A stretch of 64,000 nt of DNA from Bacteroidetes bacterium UBA6063 (GTDB taxonomy: Bacteria > Bacteroidota > Bacteroidia > NS11-12g > UBA9320), in assembly GCA_002428905.1 (NCBI GenBank), contig DIYD01000106.1:5921-69920 (forward strand). The letters are read 5' to 3'. The position numbers were made by a program, and so were the translations under genes. Positions 37,410 through 47,032 of this stretch are shown in pieces; position 1 is the first letter of the stretch, and every line of letters begins with the position of its first letter. The notes beneath the pieces are model-generated. The model ran no database searches. It saw nothing but the letters and a program-made list of their open reading frames with translations, and was not told the DNA's origin.

Positions 37410-40400
37410 ATGATAAAATATAAATTGTGGAACAACATTCTGGGATGGGTCAGTTTTGCCATCGCGATGATCGTTTACACGCTAACCGTTGAACCATCAG
37501 TACCTCTTTGGGATTGTGGCGAATTCATTTCAGCCTCATATAGTTTACAAGTTGTTCACCCTCCGGGGGCACCGCTCTTCTTGTTACTCGGTCGATTGTT
37601 CTCCATGTTTGCCATGGGCAATCTAGCCAATGTAGCGCTGGCCGTGAACATGCTATCGGTTGTTGCTAGTGCATTAACCGTTGGCTTTACCTTCTGGATT
37701 ATTACACATTTTGCGCTTAAATCGTTGAATATCAACGTTGAAAAGCCTGAGGTGTCTTTGTCGCAAGCCGTAGGGATTTTCGGCTCTGGAATCGTTGGTG
37801 CACTTGCACTTACGTTTATGGATACGTTCTGGTTCAGTGCCGTTGAAGCGGAAGTTTATGCTTCTTCTTCTTTGTTTACCGCATTGTCGTTCTGGGGTAT
37901 CCTTAAGTGGGAATCAAACAAAAGTAAACCAACGGCAGATCGTTGGTTGGTGTTCATCGCCTATACCATTGGATTGTCCATTGGGCTTCACTTACTGAAC
38001 TTACTTGTTATTCCAGCGGTGGTATTGTACTACTTCTTCAACCGTTATAAGGTGAACAACATCAACATCATTAAGGCACTGGCTGTAGGAGCTGGTTCGC
38101 TGGTTTTCATTAACTGGGGAGTAATTCCTGGCTTACCGAAAATCGCTGCCTCTATTGACAAGATGTTTGTGAACGGCATGGGATTACCATTCAATTCAGG
38201 GGTCTTATTCACGGTTGCACTCGTAATTGCCGTAATGGCTTTCGCGGTTCGTTACAGTATTAAAAAACAAAAGCCGTTGTTAAACCTTGCTTTCCTATGT
38301 CTTACCTATATCCTCATCGGTTACAGTTCATATTCTATGGTGGTTATTCGGTCATTGGCCGAACCTCCAATCGACATGAACGATCCGGAAGATGCCTACA
38401 GCTTACTAAGCTATATTCAGCGTGAACAATATGGTGATCGTCCCCTATTCAAAGGGCCTTACTACAACTCACGACCAATCAACTACAAAGACGGTCGCGA
38501 CCACTATCGTAAAGGTGCAGAGAAATATGAGTTTACGGGTACGGCTATCAAGTACGAGTGGCGTGAGCAAGACCAGACCATCTTACCTCGTATGGGTGAT
38601 CTTACCGACAAGAATAAAGGGTACAAGTACTGGTACAATGAACGCACGAATTCTGACGGTCAGGTGGTGACACCTGATTTTAAGCAGAACATTAACTTTA
38701 TGATGGACTATCAGCTGGGTTGGATGTATTGGCGTTATTTCTTCTGGAACTTCGGAGGAAGACAAAGTGACAACCAAAACGTTGATAAAAACGTATTCGA
38801 CGGTAATTGGTTAAGTGGTCTTAACTTTATCGATAATGGCCGTCTTGGGCCGCAAGACGATTTGCCGGAATCAATGACCACCAATAAGGCAAGAAACAAA
38901 TACTACCTGATTCCGTTCCTACTCGGGTTGATTGGTATCTTCTTCCAGTTTGCGCGAAATAAATACGATGCCACCACGGTTACGGTGTTGTTCATATTCA
39001 CAGGTATTTTCATTGTAATATATCTGAATCAGCCGCCACTAGAACCGCGTGAGCGTGACTATACCAACGTGGGCTCTTATCAAACCTTCTGTATATGGAT
39101 CGGTTTGGCCGTTCTTGCCATTGCCGAATTCTTCAAGAAGTTTATGGGCCAGATGCCTGCAGCTGCCCTGGGTATTGTTTTATGTCTACCGGCACCGTAT
39201 TTAATGGGGTCTCAGAACTGGGACGACCACGACCGATCTGATCGTTACCTGGGTATTAGTTTTGCGAGAAACTACCTGAACTCGTGTGATAAAAATGCCA
39301 TTCTGTTTACGAATGGTGATAATGATACGTATCCATTATGGTATGCACAAAACGTTGAAGGTATTCGTACAGATGTTCGGATCATCAACCTGAGCTTACT
39401 GAGTACAGAGTATTATGCACAAGCCCTGACCCGCAAGTACTACGCTTCAGAACCCTTGCCAATGTCCATCATTCCAGAAGAGAAGTTACAAGATGGCCAA
39501 CGCGATATCGTATCGTACTTTGATAAAAACCGATTCTTCGCACAAGACCGATATCACAGTTTAAAGAAGGTGTTGTCGTTTGTTACCAGTGACGAGGATC
39601 AACACAAAGCTTCGTCGAATTACTCTAAAGCGGGAGAGCTTGAAAACTATCTTCCGGCGAGAAACGTGTATATCGAAGTGGACAAAGAAGCTGTTATGGC
39701 TTCAGGTACAGTGAGTGAAAAAGACACCGGCCGAATTGTTGACTATATTCAGTTCACACTGGGTAATCGATTGATGAAAGGTAGTATTGTGATGTTGGAC
39801 ATTATTGCAACCAACGCTGCAAATGGATGGGAACGCCCTATCTACTTTACAACGACTACCGGAGACGACACATATGCAAATCTTGAGTCGTACTTCCGAC
39901 ACGAAGGACTGACTTATCGTCTGGTTCCGATCAAGTCGAACTGGAATGCAGAACGTGGTTTGATCGATAACGACCTGTTATACAAACGCCTTATGGAAGA
40001 CTTTGTATGGGGTAACATGGAAAAAGGAACGATGTTCCTCGACCACAAAGCAACACTCGTTCCACGTAATCTGCGCGTGTTATTCGCTCAGGTTGCCCAG
40101 CGTTATGTTTCGGAAGGCGATAACGAAAAAGCAAAAGCCCTACTTCTGAAATCTTTAGAAGTTATTCCGGAGTCTATCTTACCAATGGACACCTATATCA
40201 AGGCATATTATATTGAAATGCTGAACACTACGGGTGAAACGGAGAAAGCAAAAGAATTACTTGCGAGTAATGTAAAACGCATCAAGGAAGAGAGTCAGTA
40301 CTTCTTAAAAATGCAACGACATAAAGATGTGCAGTTTAGAAGTATTGCCCGGTCAAAACTTACCGGACTTAATGGTGATTTGAATCAGGCGCTTGGTTTG

Positions 40401-40487
40401 TCAATGCGTTTATCTGATTCTACTTCAATGAATGCATTGAACGATTTGAGACTATTAATGCCTCAACCGCAAACACCACAACAATAA
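37410..40487 (+). CDS. DUF2723-family large membrane protein (GT-C/PMT-like glycosyltransferase fold with a C-terminal TPR-like region)
   Basis: The N-terminus (LTVEPSVPLWDCGEFISASYSLQVVHPPGAPLFLLLGRLFS) resembles the DxD-loop region of protein O-mannosyltransferases or ArnT. Ten or more transmembrane helices and a ~500-aa soluble C-terminal part. The ATG at 37410 was used because the track start is TTG. A terminator follows. Confidence 0.65.
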   Translation: MIKYKLWNNILGWVSFAIAMIVYTLTVEPSVPLWDCGEFISASYSLQVVHPPGAPLFLLLGRLFSMFAMGNLANVALAVNMLSVVASALTVGFTFWIITHFALKSLNINVEKPEVSLSQAVGIFGSGIVGALALTFMDTFWFSAVEAEVYASSSLFTALSFWGILKWESNKSKPTADRWLVFIAYTIGLSIGLHLLNLLVIPAVVLYYFFNRYKVNNINIIKALAVGAGSLVFINWGVIPGLPKIAASIDKMFVNGMGLPFNSGVLFTVALVIAVMAFAVRYSIKKQKPLLNLAFLCLTYILIGYSSYSMVVIRSLAEPPIDMNDPEDAYSLLSYIQREQYGDRPLFKGPYYNSRPINYKDGRDHYRKGAEKYEFTGTAIKYEWREQDQTILPRMGDLTDKNKGYKYWYNERTNSDGQVVTPDFKQNINFMMDYQLGWMYWRYFFWNFGGRQSDNQNVDKNVFDGNWLSGLNFIDNGRLGPQDDLPESMTTNKARNKYYLIPFLLGLIGIFFQFARNKYDATTVTVLFIFTGIFIVIYLNQPPLEPRERDYTNVGSYQTFCIWIGLAVLAIAEFFKKFMGQMPAAALGIVLCLPAPYLMGSQNWDDHDRSDRYLGISFARNYLNSCDKNAILFTNGDNDTYPLWYAQNVEGIRTDVRIINLSLLSTEYYAQALTRKYYASEPLPMSIIPEEKLQDGQRDIVSYFDKNRFFAQDRYHSLKKVLSFVTSDEDQHKASSNYSKAGELENYLPARNVYIEVDKEAVMASGTVSEKDTGRIVDYIQFTLGNRLMKGSIVMLDIIATNAANGWERPIYFTTTTGDDTYANLESYFRHEGLTYRLVPIKSNWNAERGLIDNDLLYKRLMEDFVWGNMEKGTMFLDHKATLVPRNLRVLFAQVAQRYVSEGDNEKAKALLLKSLEVIPESILPMDTYIKAYYIEMLNTTGETEKAKELLASNVKRIKEESQYFLKMQRHKDVQFRSIARSKLTGLNGDLNQALGLSMRLSDSTSMNALNDLRLLMPQPQTPQQ

Positions 40488-40506
40488 AGACACTAATTTT
40501 CCTATA

Positions 40507-40534
40507 AACCCCGGTGTACAAACCGGGGTTTTAT
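40507..40534 (+). terminator. Rho-independent terminator after the DUF2723 gene
   Basis: AACCCCGGT gtacaa ACCGGGGTT hairpin followed by TTAT. Confidence 0.75.
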
Positions 40535-40548
40535 GTTTATACAGGCGT

Positions 40549-41289
40549 ATGAATAAGACGAACAAAGCGAACAAACAGATGATTTATGGCCTTCATACGG
40601 TTATTGAAGCCATACAATCGGGGAAAGAATTTGAGCGCATCTATGTGCAGAAAGGCGAAAAGGGTCCATTATTTAATGAGCTAACTGCCCTCATCAAGGA
40701 AAACCGTTTGCCAGTGCACCAGGTACCTGTGCACAAACTAAATCGTCTTACACGGGGCAATCACCAGGGCGCCGTAGCGTTCTTATCGCTTATACCCAAT
40801 GTGAGTATTGGTGAGATTATTACCCGAACGTTTGAAACCGGGCAGGATCCAAAGATTTTAGTGCTTGATGGTGTAACCGATGTGCGAAACTTCGGGGCGT
40901 TATCCCGGTCGGCTCTGGCCTTTGGTTTTCATGCGGTGGTTGTACCGCACAAAGGATCTGCACTTATTCATCAGGATGCGGTTAAGGCATCTGCTGGCGC
41001 ATTAATGAAGCTTCCGGTAAGTAAGGTAGCTCATTTAGGAAGCAGTCTGCGAGAAATGAAAGCGTTTGGATTGAGTGTACTGGGTATTACTGAAAAAGCA
41101 TCGGATTCTATTCGAAGCTTACAGGTAACCGGACCAATTGCCCTGGTTCTGGGTAATGAAGAAACCGGTATTCAATCCAGTAATATTTCGCTTTGCGATG
41201 AGACTTATCGCATCGAAATATCCGAAGAAATCGACTCTCTGAATGTGTCTGTTGCTGGAGCGGTGGCCATGTATCAGGCGTCGTTATAA
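40549..41289 (+). CDS. rlmB: TrmH/SpoU-family 23S rRNA 2'-O-ribose methyltransferase (RlmB-like)
   Basis: IYGLHTVIEAI N-terminal region, SPOUT motifs VTDVRNFGALSRSALAFG and ALVLGNEETGI. An alternative start at 40579 (MIYGL) is possible. Confidence 0.7.
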   Translation: MNKTNKANKQMIYGLHTVIEAIQSGKEFERIYVQKGEKGPLFNELTALIKENRLPVHQVPVHKLNRLTRGNHQGAVAFLSLIPNVSIGEIITRTFETGQDPKILVLDGVTDVRNFGALSRSALAFGFHAVVVPHKGSALIHQDAVKASAGALMKLPVSKVAHLGSSLREMKAFGLSVLGITEKASDSIRSLQVTGPIALVLGNEETGIQSSNISLCDETYRIEISEEIDSLNVSVAGAVAMYQASL

Positions 41290-41470
41290 ACGTTTTTAAA
41301 CGGAGTGTCTAGTTGTCAGAACTAGCTAATTTAGACCACATTACACGTAAAGTGTTCATTATCAACGAGTCATATCCACATTAATTTTTTAAAACCAAAC
41401 AATAATTCGCTTGTTTTTTTCGTATAGAAAAATAATTTTCGCGAGACAATCGTACAATAATTATAGAACT

Positions 41471-41692
41471 ATGTATTGGACATTAGAATTAGCCTCTTAT
41501 CTAGACGATGCACCCTGGCCAGCGAGCAAGGATGAGCTTATCGACTATGCGATTCGTTCCGGTGCCCCGTTGGAAGTTGTTGAGAATTTGCAAGAGCTTG
41601 AAGACGATGGAGAACCGTTTGAATCTATTGAAGAAGTATGGAGTGAGTATCCGACTACGGAAGACTACTTCTTTAACGAAGACGAGTTATAA
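41471..41692 (+). CDS. DUF2795-family small acidic protein
   Basis: MYWTLELASYLDDAPWPASKDELIDYAIRSGAPLEVVENLQELEDDGEPFESIEEVWSEYP. The track start at 41411 is TTG and was replaced by the ATG at 41471. Confidence 0.55.
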   Translation: MYWTLELASYLDDAPWPASKDELIDYAIRSGAPLEVVENLQELEDDGEPFESIEEVWSEYPTTEDYFFNEDEL

Positions 41693-41720
41693 CCGTAGCG
41701 TACATATCAAGATTTTTGAA

Positions 41721-41750
41721 CCGTTCGGATGACCTCCGGACGGTTTTTTA
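41721..41750 (+). terminator. Rho-independent terminator after the DUF2795 gene
   Basis: CCGTTCGGA tgacc TCCGGACGG hairpin with one mismatch, followed by TTTTTTA. The stop codon of the convergent minus-strand hydrolase lies inside the T-tract. Confidence 0.65.
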
Positions 41751-42626
41751 TTTGGTCAAAAACTCAACCATGCGGCGGACAGATGCGTCATCTTTTAACG
41801 CCTTGTTGTGACCTAGTCCGGATGTCACGAGAAGCTCGCCTTCTACCAACCTACTCATATACCGACCCTCTTCTACCGGTACTTCAATATCAGAATCGTC
41901 TACCACAACCAGGATTTCAGGTCTTTGTTTGATATCCAGAATCCGGTAACCTGTGGAGAAGTAATCAAACTCGCTACCGAACCGATCGAGGAGTTTTTGT
42001 CGTACCCATTTTTCAATTTTTTCATTACCATTGATCTGCTCCATAAACCGACGCATTATGGTTCGTGTCCATATTGCCGAGTTGATCATTACAAACCGTT
42101 TCACCTGAGTTTGGTGCTCGATCATAGCAAAAATTGAAGCCATAGCACCCAGCGAATGCCCCACCAGGGCATGTACATCCGGATAACGATCCATTAGATA
42201 AAGCAGTGTGTCTCGAAACTGCAACACATTGCTTGAACTGCCTTCTGATTTCACATGACCCGGAAAGTCAGGGATAACCACGCGATATCCTTCATCGACC
42301 AAAGGTTCTACAAACTTTCGATAGTGCATCCCTTTGCTGCTCCAGCCGTGCGCAAATAGAACCGTAGGTCCTTCTCCCCAAACCGTATAATTGGTCTGGT
42401 TACCATGAATCAATGTTTGAAACTGCCTGCCTTTCTTGAGCACTTCTACCTCTGGTGGCCGCAAACCAACACGAATGGGTTTAAAGAAAAACCAATAGGC
42501 CAGCTTACCGCCGAGCCATGGCCATACCACCCCCAAAAAGCCAAAAATTGCCTGAATCACCTTCTGCATAAGCAACAATTGTTTGGCAAAAGTGTAACAT
42601 TGTTGCATGAAATGGGTAACTGCCAT
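41748..42626 (-). CDS. Alpha/beta-fold hydrolase
   Basis: N-terminal transmembrane/signal segment and the nucleophile elbow GHSLGAM (GxSxG). HGW and FPGH motifs. Confidence 0.7.
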   Translation of the reverse strand: MAVTHFMQQCYTFAKQLLLMQKVIQAIFGFLGVVWPWLGGKLAYWFFFKPIRVGLRPPEVEVLKKGRQFQTLIHGNQTNYTVWGEGPTVLFAHGWSSKGMHYRKFVEPLVDEGYRVVIPDFPGHVKSEGSSSNVLQFRDTLLYLMDRYPDVHALVGHSLGAMASIFAMIEHQTQVKRFVMINSAIWTRTIMRRFMEQINGNEKIEKWVRQKLLDRFGSEFDYFSTGYRILDIKQRPEILVVVDDSDIEVPVEEGRYMSRLVEGELLVTSGLGHNKALKDDASVRRMVEFLTK

Positions 42627-43065
42627 CGGATTAATTTTTCAATTCTTTGCGTTTTGGTTTGCCGCTCCGGAGTTACTTGGCGTGACCACACTACAACGAC
42701 TCGAAACCGGAATTCAACGGTTTGCAGCTCGAGCACCGTTAATAATTATACTGAGCATTATCTTTGGGTACGGCCTTACCTTCATTGGTCTGGCATCCTA
42801 TAACTTCTACTACATGCGCGAAACCGGTGAGGCATTTATAAACGTTAAATCCTATATGTGGTCCATGGGTATCTGCACAGCTGTCTACATGGCAATTATG
42901 TTCAATTACAAACGCCTTAAGCGATTTTTAGAAAAGAAAGTGGCCGAACCCCTTACCAATCGAATTATCAATAACAGTGAGACCCGAAGAGTTGCACTAC
43001 TCATCGGCGCAATCTTATTTACACTGGGCTTTTTCCTTCAACTAGTAAGCGTTTTACTGGGATAG
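42607..43065 (+). CDS. Small integral membrane protein of unknown function
   Basis: 152 aa with four predicted transmembrane helices. Its ends overlap both flanking opposite-strand hydrolase genes by 12-20 nt. Confidence 0.4.
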   Translation: MKWVTAIGLIFQFFAFWFAAPELLGVTTLQRLETGIQRFAARAPLIIILSIIFGYGLTFIGLASYNFYYMRETGEAFINVKSYMWSMGICTAVYMAIMFNYKRLKRFLEKKVAEPLTNRIINNSETRRVALLIGAILFTLGFFLQLVSVLLG

Positions 43066-43860
43066 CATATCTTCAATAATTGCATTGGTTTCTGGCTTCA
43101 GTAACTGATGCCCGCTATCTACTTTCTTAAGAACCACATCATTTACTTTAATGGCAAAACGCTCCGCGTTTTTTACCGGGATAACAGAATCTCGTAAGCC
43201 AAAAATCAGACGTATTTTGATCCCATGCGCATTGATAGCTTCGATGGCCTTTGATGGGTTCACAGAAATTCGGGCTGTACTCGACCACCGATCCAAAAGG
43301 GCCTGCCGTTTAAGCTTTGAATCCATAGTGGAGTAATAAAACTTAACCACTTTTGAGCTGGCTATGCGCAGACGTTTGGCCCACTTTAAGGAGTAAAAAA
43401 CCCAGCTTGGATAAAGTACAAAACTTTGAAAAAGTGCTCTGCCCAGAGCTGTTTTTGTTACAAAGTTAAACATGGGTTTGACCTTCAAACCATCCGCTGC
43501 AATCAACCAGATGGCGTTTATTTTTTCAGGAAAAGCACTGGCAAATCCAAGGGCATAGTTACCCCCGATGCTATATGCCATGATGCTAATTTTGGAGGAA
43601 GCGTTCACATGCGCTAAAAATTGATGTATCAATTCACATAACAGTTCAGTCGACAGTTTACTTTTTTCGCCCCAAACCGTTTTTCCCTGAAAGGGTAAAT
43701 CTACGGAAACCACGGTGTACTTTTGAGACAAGCTTGGCTCTAAAACACTGAAAATCTGACAATTCTGGCCATACCCATGGAAACAAATCAGGGTTTCGTC
43801 TCCCGTGCCAAACGTGATATAATTTATCTTAGAATCGCGCCAGTTAAATACGTTGTCCAC
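43054..43860 (-). CDS. Alpha/beta-fold hydrolase
   Basis: HGYGQN ... AYSIGGNYALG (a GxSxG-like nucleophile elbow) ... DSGHQL, the usual serine-hydrolase ordering. Confidence 0.65.
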   Translation of the reverse strand: MDNVFNWRDSKINYITFGTGDETLICFHGYGQNCQIFSVLEPSLSQKYTVVSVDLPFQGKTVWGEKSKLSTELLCELIHQFLAHVNASSKISIMAYSIGGNYALGFASAFPEKINAIWLIAADGLKVKPMFNFVTKTALGRALFQSFVLYPSWVFYSLKWAKRLRIASSKVVKFYYSTMDSKLKRQALLDRWSSTARISVNPSKAIEAINAHGIKIRLIFGLRDSVIPVKNAERFAIKVNDVVLKKVDSGHQLLKPETNAIIEDMLSQ

Positions 43861-43916
43861 AATTGATTTTCTTCAGGTTTAAAACCTTAATTTTGCCCAA
43901 TTTGAAATAAAATCTA

Positions 43917-46733
43917 ATGCCCAAAGATACTTCATTAAAATCAGTATTAATTATAGGTAGCGGACCTATTATCATCGGTCAGGCTTGTGAGTTCGATTAC
44001 TCTGGTAGCCAGGCTGCTCGTTCACTTCAGGAAGAAGGAATTTCGGTAACTCTAATTAACTCAAACCCTGCCACCATTATGACCGATCCGGTTATGGCAG
44101 ACAACATTTATTTGTTGCCTCTTACACCAGAATCCATTGTTGACGTTTTAGAAAAACACGACATCGATGCGGTGTTGCCAACAATGGGTGGCCAAACAGC
44201 CTTAAACCTGGCCAAAGAAGTTGACGAGCTTGGTATATGGGAAAAATACAATGTTCGCATCATTGGTGTAGACATTCACGCCATTGAGAAAACGGAAAAC
44301 CGGGAAGAGTTTAGAAAACTCATGGTGGAAATTGGGATTGGTGTTGCACCATCTAAAATTGCAAATTCGTTTTTGGAAGGAAAAGAGGCTGCGCAAAAAC
44401 TCGGTTTCCCACTGGTAATTCGTCCTTCCTACACCCTGGGTGGTTACGGTGGAGGATTTGTGCATAGCAAAGACGAATTCGACACATCACTTAAGCGTGG
44501 ATTAGAGGCTTCTCCAACACATGAAGTACTGGTTGAAAAAGCGGTGATCGGTTGGAAAGAATATGAGTTGGAATTGCTACGTGATTCGAAAGACGATATT
44601 ACCGTAATCTGTACCATTGAGAACGTTGACCCTATGGGAATTCATACCGGAGACTCCATCACTGTTGCTCCGGCAATGACACTGAGTGATACCTGTTTCC
44701 AGGGCATGCGAGATATGGCATTTAGGATGATGCGAAGCATGGGTACGTTCGCCGGAGGATGTAACGTACAATTCTCCGTAAACCCAGATGACGAAGAGAT
44801 TATAGCCATTGAGATTAATCCTCGTGTAAGTCGTTCCTCTGCATTGGCATCAAAAGCGACAGGTTACCCAATTGCTAAAATTGCAGCAAAGCTGGCGATT
44901 GGTTATTACCTCGATGAATTGAAGAACCCGGTTACCAAAACAACATCGGCATTCTTTGAGCCTTCGATTGACTATACCATCATCAAAATTCCACGTTGGA
45001 ACTTCTCTAAGTTTCCTGGTGCTGAGCAAACCCTAGGGCTACAAATGAAGTCGGTAGGTGAAGTTATGGCAATCGGACGAAGCTTTCAGGAAGCTTTACA
45101 AAAAGCCTGTCAGGGACTTGAGCTCAAGCGCATGGGGCTTGGATGCGACGGTTACGAAGAGCGCAACCTCGAAAAGTTAATTCACAGCTTAAACAATCCA
45201 AGCTGGGATCGCATCTTCCACATCAAAGATGCAATTACCCTGGGTGTGCCAATCACATCCATTCAGGAAGCGACTAAAATTGATCGGTGGTTCTTAGAGC
45301 AGATCTACGACTTAGTAAAAACTGAACGAGAAATAAAGAAATACACCATAGAAAACGTTGAGCCTGGCATCCTGCGCATGGCAAAGGAAAAAGGCTTCTC
45401 AGATTATCAGATCGCGCACGCTATGGGCGACTGTGATGAGGACGACGTGTATGAAAAACGAAAAGAACTTGGTATCAACCGGGTCTACAAAATGGTAGAC
45501 ACCTGTTCTGCCGAGTTTGAATCGCCGACCAACTATATGTACTCGACTTTCGATGGTGAAAACGAGTCGATTGTAACAGATAAAAAGAAAATCGTTGTTT
45601 TGGGTGCCGGACCGAACCGAATTGGTCAGGGTATTGAGTTTGATTACTCATGTGTTCACGGGCTATTGGCTTCAAAAGAAGAAGAGTATGAGGCCATTAT
45701 GGTAAACTGTAACCCGGAAACAGTATCTACAGACTTCGATACGGCGAACAAGTTATACTTCGAACCGGTATTCTGGGAGCACCTCTACGAGATCATCGAA
45801 CTGGAAAAACCAGAAGGTGTAATCGTGCAGCTAGGTGGTCAAACCGCTTTGAAACTTGCGGAAAAACTGCATGAAAAAGGCATCAAGATTATTGGTACAA
45901 GCTTCCCTGATATGGATTTGGCCGAAGATCGTGGTTCGTTCTCCGATTTGTTGAAGGAGTTGGACATTCCTTATCCAGATTATGGTGTGGCAGAAAACGC
46001 TTACGAAGCGATTGAAATAGCGAATAAAGTCGGATATCCGGTACTTGTTCGTCCTTCTTACGTATTAGGCGGGCAGGGCATGAAGATCGTTATCAACGAT
46101 GAAGACCTCCAGAAGGCAGTAATCGAACTTCAAGGCGACCTGCCAGGCAACCGAATTTTGATCGACCACTTCCTGGATCGAGCTGAAGAAGCAGAAAGTG
46201 ATAGTATTTGTGACGGCGAAGACGTACATATCCTGGGTATTATGGAACACATCGAGCCAGCCGGTATCCACTCTGGTGACTCTTCTGCAGTATTGCCTCC
46301 GTTTAGCTTCTCTCAAACCGTAATGGATCAAATCGAGAAGTACACCGAGAAAATTGCACATGCGTTGAACATCCGCGGACTGCTGAACATCCAGTTTGCC
46401 GTAAAAGACGAAAAGGTATATGTAATTGAAGCCAACCCACGTGCTTCACGTACGGTTCCTTTCATCTGTAAAGCATACGATGTGCCGTACGTAAACATTG
46501 CAACCAAAGTAATGTTGGGTACACACAAACTAAAAGACTTCGATATTGTTAAGAAACCAAAAGGATACGCGATTAAGAAACCGGTATTCTCATTCAACAA
46601 GTTCCCAAATGTAAACAAGGAACTTGGGCCAGAAATGAAGTCTACAGGTGAAGCGATCCTCTTTGTCGACGACCTGAAAGATCCCTATTTCAGAGACTTG
46701 TACAAAGAAAAATCGATGTACCTAAGTAAGTAA
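43917..46733 (+). CDS. carB: Carbamoyl-phosphate synthase large subunit (short form lacking the C-terminal MGS-like domain)
   Basis: Two ATP-grasp halves (VLIIGSGPIIIGQACEFDYSGSQA... and KIVVLGAGPNRIGQGIEFDYSCVH...). 938 aa. Confidence 0.92.
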   Translation: MPKDTSLKSVLIIGSGPIIIGQACEFDYSGSQAARSLQEEGISVTLINSNPATIMTDPVMADNIYLLPLTPESIVDVLEKHDIDAVLPTMGGQTALNLAKEVDELGIWEKYNVRIIGVDIHAIEKTENREEFRKLMVEIGIGVAPSKIANSFLEGKEAAQKLGFPLVIRPSYTLGGYGGGFVHSKDEFDTSLKRGLEASPTHEVLVEKAVIGWKEYELELLRDSKDDITVICTIENVDPMGIHTGDSITVAPAMTLSDTCFQGMRDMAFRMMRSMGTFAGGCNVQFSVNPDDEEIIAIEINPRVSRSSALASKATGYPIAKIAAKLAIGYYLDELKNPVTKTTSAFFEPSIDYTIIKIPRWNFSKFPGAEQTLGLQMKSVGEVMAIGRSFQEALQKACQGLELKRMGLGCDGYEERNLEKLIHSLNNPSWDRIFHIKDAITLGVPITSIQEATKIDRWFLEQIYDLVKTEREIKKYTIENVEPGILRMAKEKGFSDYQIAHAMGDCDEDDVYEKRKELGINRVYKMVDTCSAEFESPTNYMYSTFDGENESIVTDKKKIVVLGAGPNRIGQGIEFDYSCVHGLLASKEEEYEAIMVNCNPETVSTDFDTANKLYFEPVFWEHLYEIIELEKPEGVIVQLGGQTALKLAEKLHEKGIKIIGTSFPDMDLAEDRGSFSDLLKELDIPYPDYGVAENAYEAIEIANKVGYPVLVRPSYVLGGQGMKIVINDEDLQKAVIELQGDLPGNRILIDHFLDRAEEAESDSICDGEDVHILGIMEHIEPAGIHSGDSSAVLPPFSFSQTVMDQIEKYTEKIAHALNIRGLLNIQFAVKDEKVYVIEANPRASRTVPFICKAYDVPYVNIATKVMLGTHKLKDFDIVKKPKGYAIKKPVFSFNKFPNVNKELGPEMKSTGEAILFVDDLKDPYFRDLYKEKSMYLSK

Positions 46734-46741
46734 AGTAAAAC

Positions 46742-46978
46742 ATGGGAATAAAACAGATTCTCCTAATTGTAGCAGTAATCTTCTTGTTTCGACTCGTTTC
46801 GCGGGTATGGAAGGTTCGCAGGACAATCCTTGACCAACGCGATGCTATGATGAATCAGGCCAGAGCAGCTCAAAAACAACAACGCCAGGAAGGCGAGATC
46901 AATGTTGTAAATCGTTCGCGGAAGCCTAAAAAGAATCTGGATGAAGGTTCCTATGTCGATTACGAAGAAATCGATTAG
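46742..46978 (+). CDS. Small DUF4834-like membrane protein
   Basis: 78 aa. N-terminal transmembrane helix ILLIVAVIFLFRLV followed by a basic/Q-rich tail. Starts 9 nt after carB and is followed by a terminator. Confidence 0.45.
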   Translation: MGIKQILLIVAVIFLFRLVSRVWKVRRTILDQRDAMMNQARAAQKQQRQEGEINVVNRSRKPKKNLDEGSYVDYEEID

Positions 46979-46998
46979 AATTACACAAAATAGAGTTG

Positions 46999-47026
46999 AG
47001 GCACGTTGAAAAACGTGCCTTTTTTA
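46999..47026 (+). terminator. Rho-independent terminator after the carB / DUF4834 transcription unit
   Basis: AGGCACGTT gaaa AACGTGCCT perfect hairpin followed by TTTTTTATT, located between convergent genes. Confidence 0.85.
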
Positions 47027-47032
47027 TTGACG

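Noticed and set aside
41318-41334. Small palindrome CTAGTT-gtcag-AACTAG after the rlmB-like gene.
   Set aside because: A 6-bp stem with no following U-tract. It is unlikely to be an intrinsic terminator, and chance occurrence is plausible.
46999-47026. Terminators between convergent genes (46999-47026 and 41721-41750) acting bidirectionally.
   Set aside because: The U-tract follows the hairpin only on the plus strand. The minus-strand transcripts would have A/C-rich sequence after the stem, so each was called for the plus strand only.
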